From an uncultured virus (IMG/VR IMGVR_UViG_3300011691_000001) (Duplodnaviria > Heunggongvirae > Uroviricota > Caudoviricetes): a stretch of DNA of 64,000 nt. Positions 21,741-32,153 of this stretch are shown here, one piece after another. Position 1 is the stretch's first letter, and every line of letters begins with the position of its first letter. The notes beneath the pieces were generated by a model, which saw nothing but the letters and a program-made list of their open reading frames with translations, searched no databases and was not told the origin of the DNA. The stretch lies in the IMG/VR virus record IMGVR_UViG_3300011691_000001, one strand, 5' to 3'. The translations under genes and the position numbers were made by a program.

Positions 21741-22158
21741 CTTGTCTGTAATAATATTCGATCATCAGTAGATTTGCATCACTTATTACATCCTTCTTTA
21801 ATTCACGTAATTGTTTAAGTTGGTTTGTAGGGGAGAAGTTAGTGTAATCCTTTGAGCCAAGTCTATTTTGAACAAATTCTTCACGAATCATTTTTGGAGA
21901 TAGGTACTCTACAACCATTAGAATCGATAAAATCTCTTTCTCAAAATCATTTAGTTCAATATTAAATTGAAATAGCACGTCATCTCTTTTGGATAATTCT
22001 TTGGTTGAATAAGTAAATTTTGGGATAGCTGATTTTAAGTATCCTAAAAGAATTTCATTTGCAAAGGTAACATTAATTTCAATTTGATTTTTGATATAAT
22101 AATCATTGATTTTGTTTAAAAACAGATCGAATATTTCGTCATAAGATGTAGGTGTCAT
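21733..22158 (-). CDS. Putative head-tail adaptor
   Basis: T.YDEIFDLFL.KI.D..AIPKF; follows capsid region. Confidence 0.55.
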   Translation of the reverse strand: MTPTSYDEIFDLFLNKINDYYIKNQIEINVTFANEILLGYLKSAIPKFTYSTKELSKRDDVLFQFNIELNDFEKEILSILMVVEYLSPKMIREEFVQNRLGSKDYTNFSPTNQLKQLRELKKDVISDANLLMIEYYYRQGV

Positions 22159-22172
22159 AATTAAACACCATC

Positions 22173-22616
22173 CTACTCTTCTTCATCATAAATCTTCATT
22201 TTGGATTTACTTTCAATAATATCGATCTTAGTCTTACTATCAATCTTCAACTCTTTAGCTACTTCGACAAATTGCTGAATTATTGCATTTTCAGTAATCT
22301 CATTCAGTACTTTTTCAAGTTTTTTGTAATTACCACTAACTAGTTCAACAATTTCATCATGTTGCAAAATATTTAAGTTAGATTTTTCACCAGTCTCGGT
22401 CTCTAAACCATATTTCACACGAACATCTTTATCATCAATCCAAATTACACCTTTTTGAATAATTGATTGGTTGATCTGAATATAATCCAATTCATCTTCT
22501 GCAACTGTCATGAATGCACCTTGTTTAGGTAAAACACGAAATGATTCAGGGGTAGGGTTGAGATAAAACCCAACTACACTATGAATATTATTAATGATCT
22601 TAATTTGCTTAGACAT
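22173..22616 (-). CDS. Hypothetical protein downstream of capsid
   Basis: RBS GGAGG, late operon. Confidence 0.6.
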   Translation of the reverse strand: MSKQIKIINNIHSVVGFYLNPTPESFRVLPKQGAFMTVAEDELDYIQINQSIIQKGVIWIDDKDVRVKYGLETETGEKSNLNILQHDEIVELVSGNYKKLEKVLNEITENAIIQQFVEVAKELKIDSKTKIDIIESKSKMKIYDEEE

Positions 22617-22684
22617 TCCTTTTCCTCCTTGTATTCAAAGAGGAGAATAGTAATAAATACTACTCTCCGTTATGTAATTATTTA

Positions 22685-23650
22685 TTAAGAAATTGTAATT
22701 AAACCTAAGTTATGTACTTGAAGAACGTTAACTCCAACTTTTTGAAGTGTCTTTTTAGTAACAGAACCATCTTCAAATGATTGTTTCTCTAACATTTCAG
22801 AACCACCCTCAAACGTTACTTTAACAGGTTTATCTGCATTTACAGGAATGACAAAGATATTTTTATCATCTAATACCCATTCTGTGTTTGTATCATCTGT
22901 GAAAGTATTAGGTAATTGAACTAACGCTTTACCTTCCCATACACCGATAAATCCGTCACGATTAAATGTATCTTTCATATTATCTGACATAGCAGATTGG
23001 AAGTTGTTATCAGAAGTAATATTAGATAATGCAATTGATGTTCCTACAATCACAGGTTTACCATAGGCAGCAACAGTATTAGCAACAGAGCGTAACTGAG
23101 CTAATGAGAAAGCGCCAGTATATTTATTAGCTGAAGGTGCTTTACTCATCGCATCAATAAATGTATTTTGAATTGTCTTAAGTACTTCTTGATGGATAGC
23201 TTCTGCAATTTCATTGATCATATCTGTAAATGCTTCTGCTCGACCTGCTAAAATATCATCCCATTCAGCATAAACTGAACCACCTAAAGCTTTGGGTTGT
23301 GCAGTAATCTTTTGTTTATAAATTTTTTGTCTACGGATTTCAGAACCTAATGCCACATATTCAACTTTTAAACGACCATTACGGATACGATAATCTTTCT
23401 TTTCACCATGACCAATATAAGACACTTCAGCAATTACAGATAATGCATCTCCGACTTTAACCTTTAAAACTTCGTTTACGTTTTCAGTGATGATCGCATT
23501 AATTTCTGTTTTATTACGATCATAATCCTTTAATAACACACTAAAAAGCTCAACCATTTCTTGTTTACGCTGTTCAACTGATTGACCTTCAACTGACGAT
23601 TTATTATTTCGTACATCCATGCATAATTCTAAAACTTTATTTTTATCCAT
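22685..23650 (-). CDS. Major capsid protein (YonB-like)
   Basis: 321 aa after decoration and protease genes; G.IG.WEG..LVQLPN.F.D motif; terminator hairpin about 22640-22668. Confidence 0.8.
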   Translation of the reverse strand: MDKNKVLELCMDVRNNKSSVEGQSVEQRKQEMVELFSVLLKDYDRNKTEINAIITENVNEVLKVKVGDALSVIAEVSYIGHGEKKDYRIRNGRLKVEYVALGSEIRRQKIYKQKITAQPKALGGSVYAEWDDILAGRAEAFTDMINEIAEAIHQEVLKTIQNTFIDAMSKAPSANKYTGAFSLAQLRSVANTVAAYGKPVIVGTSIALSNITSDNNFQSAMSDNMKDTFNRDGFIGVWEGKALVQLPNTFTDDTNTEWVLDDKNIFVIPVNADKPVKVTFEGGSEMLEKQSFEDGSVTKKTLQKVGVNVLQVHNLGLITIS

Positions 23651-23692
23651 ATTTAAAATTCCTCCGATAGTTATGTTTATGTATTATTTTTG

Positions 23693-24166
23693 TTAAGACA
23701 ATTCAACTTGAAGTGCAATTGCTTCTTTTCCGTTTAAGAATGTTTTTTCAATAACACGGAATTTTTGTACTGGTGTGGTGCTAGTAGGGAAAGTTGATGA
23801 TACTGCTGTTTTTCCTCCTACTTCTGCATATGCATAATCACCTTTAACAATTGAAGCAAAAGTCTTTCGATCACCACTTACACCAATTTGAGTAGTTGTG
23901 TAAATATCGCCTTCCTCAAAAGTGTATGTGCGAGGTTTAATTGTACCTACTTCATTGATAAAATCTGATTCATCAACTGAATCATATAAATTTGCCACTG
24001 ATGCAACTAACACTTGTTTTTTTGTAGGATCAGTAGTAGGTACGATCTTACCAGTTGTATAATCTACTTCTGCAAATAAACCATTTTCAATTGGTGCGTC
24101 AATATCATAATGGTAAGCGTGACCTTTCATTAAATCTAAACGTACAATGCCATAATCTTTACTCAT
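23693..24166 (-). CDS. Capsid decoration/cement protein
   Basis: IENG..GDIYTT motif; between scaffold and capsid. Confidence 0.6.
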   Translation of the reverse strand: MSKDYGIVRLDLMKGHAYHYDIDAPIENGLFAEVDYTTGKIVPTTDPTKKQVLVASVANLYDSVDESDFINEVGTIKPRTYTFEEGDIYTTTQIGVSGDRKTFASIVKGDYAYAEVGGKTAVSSTFPTSTTPVQKFRVIEKTFLNGKEAIALQVELS

Positions 24167-24209
24167 ATTAATTATTCCTCCAAAATTTTTATTATTTTAT
24201 GTATTTAAA

Positions 24210-25679
24210 TTAATTAATACCATATTTTTGTAGAATGTTCGGTTTAATCAAATCATCTTGTTTACTAGCAACAACAATAACATCATTATTATTAGTAGAA
24301 GCCGTTTCTAGTTTATGCTTTGCTACCTCACTAACAACAATTTCATTTAATTTTTCTGAATTTAATTCTTTGATTGCATTTTGAACTTCCTCGGTTTTAA
24401 ATACGTCTTCAGGGATTAGTTTTGAGTATTTATTATTTAACTCAGTTAATTTAATCTCTTTTTCAGTAGCTTCAACTTGATCTTTATATTTATTTAAATC
24501 TTCAACTGTTGAATTTAATTCAGTAATTTTACCTTCTAAAGTTGTCTTAACTTCTTCTTGAGAAACAACCGTAGAGTTTAGTTCTACGATTTTCGCCTCT
24601 AATTCAGCAACTTTATTTTCTAACTCCGAAACTTCTTTTGTTTTCTTTTCATCCATATTGGATAATTCCTCCTTAGCTTGATTTAATTCTTGTTGCAATG
24701 TATTGATTTCAATTTCTTTTTGAGCTATTTCTATACCTTCTGGAATGAATCCTAGAGAACCTTTTTGCCATTGGTCATTAGGGGAGATGATAACCTGTTC
24801 ATTTGAAATTGAATACGGGATTTTATAAAGGGATACATCATCATGCCAATCTTCCACAATTACGTAGTCAATATACATATCTCGAATATAATAGTTGTAA
24901 GCTCTACTACCATTCTTCACATCTACGGGATTTAATAAATTATATACTTGCGATCTAACTTCAGAGAACTTTAATGAAGATGTCTCCATACTGCCATGAT
25001 AATTTGTTTCATATCCTTTATTAAAAACTTCTTTCTCAGCCAATTCGTTTTCTCCTTTCTGTACATTTTTAATATTTTGCAAATCAGTTTTTACTGCATT
25101 AGCAATCTCTTTTTGTGAAACACTTAAAACTCCTGCATCAGAATCCGCAGGAGGTACATTTGAACCTAGTAAACAATTCCCTATATATGTATAATCTGTT
25201 GCGAATCTATATTCTTGTGTTGGATTTTCACCATACGAATATATCTCAACTTCAACAGAACTATCTGCATTGCTATTTGTATACAGTTTTTCTATACAAG
25301 TAATGATTTCAGGATATTTATAATTCCATAAATCTGCTTTAGCATATAAGGCTTTTACATTCGAATTAGTTTCAAATTCATCAGTCCATACTTCTTTGAT
25401 AGTTCCAATTGCAATTGTTTCTAATCTTACAATATTACCGTTTGAATCAAAGACTGGTTCATGATCCCCTAAATCATCAGTTAGAGGTAAATACCTTGCT
25501 ACAACAGGTTTATTTATTAGAGTGTCTTTGAACTTTTCAACATATTCTTCTTTGAAATCCAAACCGTTTCCATTTGCCACATCAATTTTATGAATAAGCA
25601 TGATAACTTCTTTTGTTACATTGTCTTTGCTGGATATTTCAATGATTGAAGAGGGTAAGGATTGCCTATCCTTGGACAT
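24210..25679 (-). CDS. Prohead protease-scaffold fusion (YonD-like)
   Basis: N-terminal N.NG..F..L.NKPVV..DLGDH..SVEV protease-like domain, C-terminal acidic coiled coil. Confidence 0.75.
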   Translation of the reverse strand: MSKDRQSLPSSIIEISSKDNVTKEVIMLIHKIDVANGNGLDFKEEYVEKFKDTLINKPVVARYLPLTDDLGDHEPVFDSNGNIVRLETIAIGTIKEVWTDEFETNSNVKALYAKADLWNYKYPEIITCIEKLYTNSNADSSVEVEIYSYGENPTQEYRFATDYTYIGNCLLGSNVPPADSDAGVLSVSQKEIANAVKTDLQNIKNVQKGENELAEKEVFNKGYETNYHGSMETSSLKFSEVRSQVYNLLNPVDVKNGSRAYNYYIRDMYIDYVIVEDWHDDVSLYKIPYSISNEQVIISPNDQWQKGSLGFIPEGIEIAQKEIEINTLQQELNQAKEELSNMDEKKTKEVSELENKVAELEAKIVELNSTVVSQEEVKTTLEGKITELNSTVEDLNKYKDQVEATEKEIKLTELNNKYSKLIPEDVFKTEEVQNAIKELNSEKLNEIVVSEVAKHKLETASTNNNDVIVVASKQDDLIKPNILQKYGIN

Positions 25680-25711
25680 TAATTCACCTCCTTTAAAAGA
25701 AGTTTGATAAG

Positions 25712-25858
25712 TTATGTATTTTTTGCCTTAAGACAACTCTCACATTTACAATCTGATTTATGAACTAAAGAAATAACTCCTAATTCAATAAATGATTGTT
25801 TTTTAGATGCAATTTCTGCTTTTGATTCATTATTGAAAGTAGGGGAGTATCCACGCAT
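25712..25858 (-). CDS. Unannotated 48-aa peptide with H..C.C..C motif
   Basis: GAGGTG RBS; MRGYSPTFNNESKAEIASKKQSFIELGVISLVHKSDCKCESCLKAKNT. Confidence 0.6.
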   Translation of the reverse strand: MRGYSPTFNNESKAEIASKKQSFIELGVISLVHKSDCKCESCLKAKNT

Positions 25859-25874
25859 TTATAGTCACCTCATT

Positions 25875-27374
25875 TTAACTTGTTGAAGGCTTCGGATTGT
25901 TGTTACCGCCAGTAGTCTTACTTTTAATTGTGTTTTCATTTGTAGAATCGTCTTTAGTCGGTGCTCCACCTTTATCTGATTTACTACTTTGAGTATATGC
26001 ATTTGATGGAGGGTAAAGGATATCTTCGATTTTTAATACATTTCTTTCATATTCAGCTTGTTTAACTACATTCTCATAAGGTAAACCAGTAAGTGACTCA
26101 ATCCAAAACTTTGAAATACCCGTTTGCATATACAAATCTTTGTATTTATCTATGTATTTATCTTTATCAAGTATAGTAGATTTCGCAAATGTAAATTCAC
26201 AAGATACAGACTTGGGTAGTATTTGTTTAATATATCTATTGATTAAAACTTCAAATTTCTCAAGTAAAGTAAATATGTACCTAAAGAACTTTTGACTGTT
26301 TAATGTCGCAGCACTAAAGTTATTACCTCCACCGCCCCATAAAACAGCAGGACTAATTCCTAAATTTGAATAAATATTATTCTCGATCTTTTCATATAGT
26401 TCTTTCTTAAATAATTCGGTATTAACATCTAAAGTATCTAACTTGAAGAAATGGGGGAGTGCAATAGTACCTGTACCTGAATTATCACTTTCCATTCTGG
26501 AATTTTGACCGTTCTTTTTTTTGAACAGTTTACTTACATCATTGAAATAAGCTGTAATTAATTCTTTAGGTACTGGCTTTGTACCTTCCTTATCTAAATG
26601 ACCTGCTGAAAGAATTACAATAGTTTTTAACAGTCTATCAGCGACAGAACGTTCAACTCTATCTATAATTTCCTTCTGTAAAACAGAAGCCCAAGCCCCA
26701 ATAGTCAAAGGAAGTCCATAGGGCATGTTTCTATTACCGTCAATGTTAACTACATCTGCATCTTTCAGTTCTATATAACGAAAATCTTCACCTTTATTTA
26801 TGTACAAATTATACTTTGCAATAGTAACATCATCTGGTAACGACTCTATAACAGCTAACTTATCATTAACATTGTTATATCTTTTGATTGAGTTCAAATC
26901 ATATTCGACAATCCAACGACCATTGCGTTGCTTATTTATTCTCAAATCATCTAAATCTAAAAATTGTACATACTTTTTATTTCTTAAACAAGCGACAATA
27001 GTTCCCATTTCACCGACTTCAAATAAACCATCACGTACAAATGTTTTTATATCTATTTCTTTGAGAAAACTATTCACCTTTTTTTCATAATTACGTAATT
27101 TCTTTTCATCATCCACTTCAGACCAAGATATCATATAATCAAGGGAGGGTAGTGATTTTAAAGATCGTAATACTTCTTTGATAATTCCGTTTTTATTAGT
27201 CAAGTATTTCGATGCTTTTTGAATCTCTTTAATGTTTGAATAAGGGTTTTGTAGATATTTGTATAAATCAGTTAGACTTATATCGTTAAGAGAGCTTCCA
27301 GAACCATATTGAGTTATGTAGTCAGTTAAACCTGCTACTTCTATCCATTCTTTATAATTAATATCCTCAGACAA
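25875..27374 (-). CDS. Portal protein (YonE-like)
   Basis: 499 aa after TerL; C-terminal S/K-rich GGAP tail. Confidence 0.8.
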   Translation of the reverse strand: MSEDINYKEWIEVAGLTDYITQYGSGSSLNDISLTDLYKYLQNPYSNIKEIQKASKYLTNKNGIIKEVLRSLKSLPSLDYMISWSEVDDEKKLRNYEKKVNSFLKEIDIKTFVRDGLFEVGEMGTIVACLRNKKYVQFLDLDDLRINKQRNGRWIVEYDLNSIKRYNNVNDKLAVIESLPDDVTIAKYNLYINKGEDFRYIELKDADVVNIDGNRNMPYGLPLTIGAWASVLQKEIIDRVERSVADRLLKTIVILSAGHLDKEGTKPVPKELITAYFNDVSKLFKKKNGQNSRMESDNSGTGTIALPHFFKLDTLDVNTELFKKELYEKIENNIYSNLGISPAVLWGGGGNNFSAATLNSQKFFRYIFTLLEKFEVLINRYIKQILPKSVSCEFTFAKSTILDKDKYIDKYKDLYMQTGISKFWIESLTGLPYENVVKQAEYERNVLKIEDILYPPSNAYTQSSKSDKGGAPTKDDSTNENTIKSKTTGGNNNPKPSTS

Positions 27375-27406
27375 TTTACTCCTCCTTTCTTTATGTAATA
27401 ATTAAT

Positions 27407-29167
27407 TTAAAACCCTGATTGCATGAAATAAAGGTAGTCATCGATTGAAGAATTTCCATTATTTTTATTTTCCATTTCCAACTCTTTAATGTAATACAAC
27501 GCATATCCCAAACTTGTAACTCTGTCTCTTTTTGTAGCTTTAGCAATACGATTATAAATAATATTGCTATGTCCACTTATTTCTTGTTTAATATTACTTA
27601 ATTCCTGTATCAATAAGTCAGTGTTAACATGAACCAAGAATTCCTCATTTGTTATTTTTCCTTGTTTATTATCATTATCCACTTCAGCAGAGTTTACTAA
27701 AAGACGAAGGCTTTTATCTTCAAAGCAAGTTTTCATGTATGTATACATTGTATTGTTAAGTTGATTTGTTGCTGCTATTTCTCTAATTAAAGGATTAGCG
27801 TTTCTGATATTTGTATATTTAGGATTGCCATCATCAGGAATGAGTGGAGGGTACTCAACCATATCTCCATTGGCATTCATATGTTCCCAAGATTCTGCTA
27901 ATAAAGATGGAAGTGCTTCACCATTTCCTCTAACGTCTATTACTAATTTTGATGTGTTTTCGAATCGCAAAAGTAATTCCCTTAAGTATTTAGCTTGATC
28001 AGGCAGAGATAATCCATTATGTGTTTTTATGTATACTAGTTCTTTAATGATAGATCCATTAGGTTTTTCTTTTAGTTTAATTACCACAGTACACGCATTA
28101 TCACTTCCTGCTTTATCTGAAATAGCAACGTCATGAGAAATTACATACGAATTGATGGCTTTTTTGGGTTGTCTAACTTCAACCTTATCTAATGATCTAA
28201 CACTTTCCGTTAGGTCATACGGATAGTAACTATCGTTACTATTACCTACAAAAACTGCCTCATATTCATAAGCGAATTTATCTGAGGTCATACTTGGTTT
28301 AGATTTTTCTTTTAAAATATCGTCTTCATAGTAAATTCCTGCGTTAACTCCTACTTGGTAGGGAAGGGTACAAACAAAATACTCCTTACTTCCTTCCATC
28401 ATACTATCGTAATGAGTCATAAATCTTTGATATAAGTTACATGTTTTTAAATATGCAGATGATATATAGATGATTTTACCTTTTTCGATAGGCATTTTAT
28501 CTCCATAAATCATAGATAAATTAATTACAGTATTTCTTCTAGTTTTAGTCATTGGCACTAAGATTTCAGAGATAATATCGTCAGAAACTAATCGTGCTTC
28601 ATCAATTAAGATTTGAGAGAATCGCCAAGAACGTGCATTTTCTCCATCATGACCCAGTACTATCGCACGAATTTCAGAACCATTTTTAAAGATTACAGAG
28701 CAATCATCAGCACCAGTTTTAATATTTTCTATTTCACGTTTAACATTTTCATTCTTAAATAATTCACCTTTAACTTTTTGAACTATTACGTTACGAGATT
28801 GTTGTCCTTTACCAGATGCAATACCTAATTTTATAGAGGGATATAAAATTGCAACACAGATAAAGAATACTGCTGAGAGATAACTTTTTCCTAGTCCCCT
28901 AGAAGCAATAAACATAGATTCTTCGTGCCTTGCCATTGCACGAAGAATTACACGTTGAAAAGGGTATAGTTTTAAGCCTAGAATGTTAATTGCAAATTCA
29001 TCTATGTAATAACGATAATAAGAAATAAATTTTACCCATTCTTCAATGTCTATTTCTTCTAATTTAGCAGGATCATAACTAGCAGCATTATCATAATCAT
29101 TATAGCTGTTGTCTTTGACCTTTCTACTTTTATGACTATAGTTATTGTAAGATGCCATATTTGTCAC
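27407..29167 (-). CDS. Terminase large subunit (YonF-like)
   Basis: Walker A ASRGLGKS, Walker B ILIDEA, coupling motif ISSA, nuclease HDVA and KRDR. Confidence 0.93.
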   Translation of the reverse strand: MTNMASYNNYSHKSRKVKDNSYNDYDNAASYDPAKLEEIDIEEWVKFISYYRYYIDEFAINILGLKLYPFQRVILRAMARHEESMFIASRGLGKSYLSAVFFICVAILYPSIKLGIASGKGQQSRNVIVQKVKGELFKNENVKREIENIKTGADDCSVIFKNGSEIRAIVLGHDGENARSWRFSQILIDEARLVSDDIISEILVPMTKTRRNTVINLSMIYGDKMPIEKGKIIYISSAYLKTCNLYQRFMTHYDSMMEGSKEYFVCTLPYQVGVNAGIYYEDDILKEKSKPSMTSDKFAYEYEAVFVGNSNDSYYPYDLTESVRSLDKVEVRQPKKAINSYVISHDVAISDKAGSDNACTVVIKLKEKPNGSIIKELVYIKTHNGLSLPDQAKYLRELLLRFENTSKLVIDVRGNGEALPSLLAESWEHMNANGDMVEYPPLIPDDGNPKYTNIRNANPLIREIAATNQLNNTMYTYMKTCFEDKSLRLLVNSAEVDNDNKQGKITNEEFLVHVNTDLLIQELSNIKQEISGHSNIIYNRIAKATKRDRVTSLGYALYYIKELEMENKNNGNSSIDDYLYFMQSGF

Positions 29168-29168
29168 C

Positions 29169-29987
29169 TCACAATGATTTTAAAATATGACTAAAATCAT
29201 TTAGCATCTTATCAATATCATCTTGTTCAGTTGGAATGTGTTCAGGAATAAATGTTTTTGTTTCCACTAATTCAAACACTCTACCAAAACATCCTAGTCC
29301 CACCTCATTTTGTCCTCGTTGACTTTCTGAAAACTGAGCCGATTTAGAAAGAGTATCAAACACATCTTTTGCATCTTTATATTTCTTATCTGCACCACTA
29401 ATTCCTTCTAGCACATCTCGAAAACAATTATCCATATGCAAGCTAGCTTTTGCTATTTTCTTAGCATAATCTTTATGATTTTCTGTAACAATTTTAAAAT
29501 CTTTATGTAACCCATTAATATAACCTTCTAAGTATTCTATTTCAGAAGGAGAATATTCTCCCATCCACTTTTTATTATAGTTTTTATTTTCTTTATCATT
29601 AAAATCATTAGAATTTTCATCATGGGGTATGTTATTATTCGTAGAGTTGAATTCTGAATCATCCCATGATAAATTAATATTTTGGGGGAGAGCTATATTC
29701 TTCATATATGTTTTAAAATATGTCCAAGAGTTTGTTTTTGACTTTGTTTCTTCAATTGATGCTTCCCATAAATCCTTAATAAAAGGTTTATCTATCATTC
29801 GTAGAGCTTTTTTTACTTTTTCCATGTCATATTGATTCTTTGCGGTGGGTTCGACATATTCCCAAACACACTTTTTGCAAGTGTGAACTTTCCCAAAATG
29901 CCGCATGAAATGTGATAACGAAGAATAATAATCCTCCTGTTTATTTAGCTTTCCACAAGCACTGCATATTATTTTATTAGTAGACAA
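29169..29987 (-). CDS. Putative terminase small subunit with Zn finger (YonG-like)
   Basis: CSAC..CKKC; immediately upstream of TerL. Confidence 0.6.
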   Translation of the reverse strand: MSTNKIICSACGKLNKQEDYYSSLSHFMRHFGKVHTCKKCVWEYVEPTAKNQYDMEKVKKALRMIDKPFIKDLWEASIEETKSKTNSWTYFKTYMKNIALPQNINLSWDDSEFNSTNNNIPHDENSNDFNDKENKNYNKKWMGEYSPSEIEYLEGYINGLHKDFKIVTENHKDYAKKIAKASLHMDNCFRDVLEGISGADKKYKDAKDVFDTLSKSAQFSESQRGQNEVGLGCFGRVFELVETKTFIPEHIPTEQDDIDKMLNDFSHILKSL

Positions 29988-30082
29988 TCATCATCCACCT
30001 CAGTTCTTCAGATAAAAATCTCGTATATTATGTATTAATTTAAATAAAATAACCGTTTTAAGTAATTCTTGATTGATAGCAC

Positions 30083-31300
30083 CTACTTGAATCGAATATC
30101 ATATGTATTATATTTTCCGTAATTCTCTTCAAAAATTGTAATCAGAGTACCTGCATTTGCTGTCTTTTTTAGTTTTAAACTATATTCATTGATTCCGCAC
30201 ATAGAAGGGGATTGCATATACTCGATATTCTGTAAGCCATTCATTCCAATAACCTTATTGTTTAGGTGGTGTAGATGTCCAGTTTTAAGTAAATGTACAT
30301 TAACGTTATAAATCATCATATAATCTTTAATCGATGATTCTAAATTTTTCTCATCTTGTCCATGTGTAGCTAAAATTTTAGTATCTAATAAATCAAAATA
30401 TATAATTGATTTTGCATCAAATACTTGAATCCGTGTGTTTTCACATAATCTAGTTTTCAGATACCATACAATCAAACGCTCCATATTTTCTTGTGCAAAT
30501 TCTCCACGAGAACTATTTAAGTATCTATTCTCACTGTGATTTCCTAATACAGAACGATAATCAATTGATACATATTCAGATAGGGCATTTAACCATTCAC
30601 TCATGAATTCTGCAAATTGCATTACTTGATCTGCTACACCTAATTGTTGGAACTGTAGTTGATTCATATGTATTAGTCCGTCAACTGAATCCGATAAGTT
30701 TAGCACTGTAACATGCGTAAGTTTTTCTTTTTCAATGATAGCAATTGCATGCTCTAACAATTCCCACATTCTACGTTTGAAAATATCCACACTGTATTCT
30801 GCTAATACTTCATTATTAAATCCTAAAATTTTACCTTCACTACCAAAATGCGAGTCAGCAATGTCAATAATAGCTGTACGTTTATTGTTACTTTCTTTGA
30901 CCTCAAATTTTGGTACTTGAATAGGGGATAGGTTATTGATAGCATGTTCAATCTTTTCATAGATATTTTCAGTACGAGCCTGCTCACGAATCCACTTATT
31001 CAACTCACTCTTTTCAGAAGACAACTTACTACGCTCTTTTTGCAGTTCTAACTTTTTAATAGTTAATTTGTCTAACTCAGATTCAGAGGCTTGTTTCGAT
31101 AATATATAAGGCTTCCATTTTGCATATTGAGCATAATCTTTACGCCATTTAGATTCAGAGTAATTTAAACCCGATTCCTGATTCAACAATGTAGCTATAT
31201 CATCTGGATTTAATTCATGGATTGGTACATCATCAAATAAGCGAACATGATAATCTTCAAATGATTCATCGGCTTTACGTTTTAAAGAATAAGAACTCAT
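30083..31300 (-). CDS. Metallophosphoesterase (YonJ-like)
   Basis: D.H.G, SD.VDG, GNH, HG, GHLH calcineurin-like motifs. Confidence 0.85.
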   Translation of the reverse strand: MSSYSLKRKADESFEDYHVRLFDDVPIHELNPDDIATLLNQESGLNYSESKWRKDYAQYAKWKPYILSKQASESELDKLTIKKLELQKERSKLSSEKSELNKWIREQARTENIYEKIEHAINNLSPIQVPKFEVKESNNKRTAIIDIADSHFGSEGKILGFNNEVLAEYSVDIFKRRMWELLEHAIAIIEKEKLTHVTVLNLSDSVDGLIHMNQLQFQQLGVADQVMQFAEFMSEWLNALSEYVSIDYRSVLGNHSENRYLNSSRGEFAQENMERLIVWYLKTRLCENTRIQVFDAKSIIYFDLLDTKILATHGQDEKNLESSIKDYMMIYNVNVHLLKTGHLHHLNNKVIGMNGLQNIEYMQSPSMCGINEYSLKLKKTANAGTLITIFEENYGKYNTYDIRFK

Positions 31301-31311
31301 TTAATCACTCC

Positions 31312-31509
31312 TTACTCTTCAATTGGGGTAGGGATAGTAGTTGTAATAATGGAAAAATTGGTACGTCCACGAGAAGCTAATTCTTTTAGAACTTCATTTA
31401 ATGAATGGGTTTGTATTTCATCATCAGTTTTACCATATTCATAGATTAATCCTTCTTCTAAATTAACCTCTGCATTTTTAAATTTATAATTCTTTGTTAA
31501 CTCTGCCAC
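31312..31509 (-). CDS. YonK-like small protein
   Basis: FKNA.VN.EEG.I.E..K..D; synteny between HU and phosphoesterase. Confidence 0.55.
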   Translation of the reverse strand: MAELTKNYKFKNAEVNLEEGLIYEYGKTDDEIQTHSLNEVLKELASRGRTNFSIITTTIPTPIEE

Positions 31510-31636
31510 TATATCACCTTTTCTCCATATATGATTTTTTATTAAAATTAAAAGGATAGAGTAGAGAAGGGGAGAACCCCACCTCTACTCTATCCGAATG
31601 TTAAATCGTCTGTATTAACTTGCTATGTATTTATAA

Positions 31637-31936
31637 TTAGTTGTTTAGCTCATTTTTAAATCTTGGTTTTAGTTTAAGCCCGACTGTACGTTTTTCATCA
31701 ATATCGATCTCTACACCAGTCTGGGGATTTCTTCCTTTGCGTGCTGCACGAGTTTTGTTTTCTAATTTTCCAAACCCAAAGATGTCAATGTCATCACCTG
31801 TAAGTAAACGTTCACGAATAACCTCAAATACAGTCTCTACTGTCGCTTTGGATTCTTTGGAGTCTAATTCAATACCTTTTACTTCTAAGGCATCCTTTGT
31901 TAATTTACTTAATTCTGTTACATTTAATACTGTCAT
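31637..31936 (-). CDS. HU-like DNA-binding protein (YonN-like)
   Basis: IFGFGK...RAARKGRNPQTG signature. Confidence 0.95.
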   Translation of the reverse strand: MTVLNVTELSKLTKDALEVKGIELDSKESKATVETVFEVIRERLLTGDDIDIFGFGKLENKTRAARKGRNPQTGVEIDIDEKRTVGLKLKPRFKNELNN

Positions 31937-32153
31937 AATTTATTTTCTCCTTTTATCTATTTATATTTTATGTATTTTTAATGTTAAAAAAGGGGGAGTG
32001 AACCATTTTTCTTTGTACTTTAGTTTTTTATTCCTTTAGAGAGTATTCTTGAAAAGTACCTATAAATGTTGATATGTCGCTGTTTTAAAGGTATTACACA
32101 CTTTTAAATTAGACGAACTTGTTACTATTTCAATGTTTAACTTAGTTTCTATC

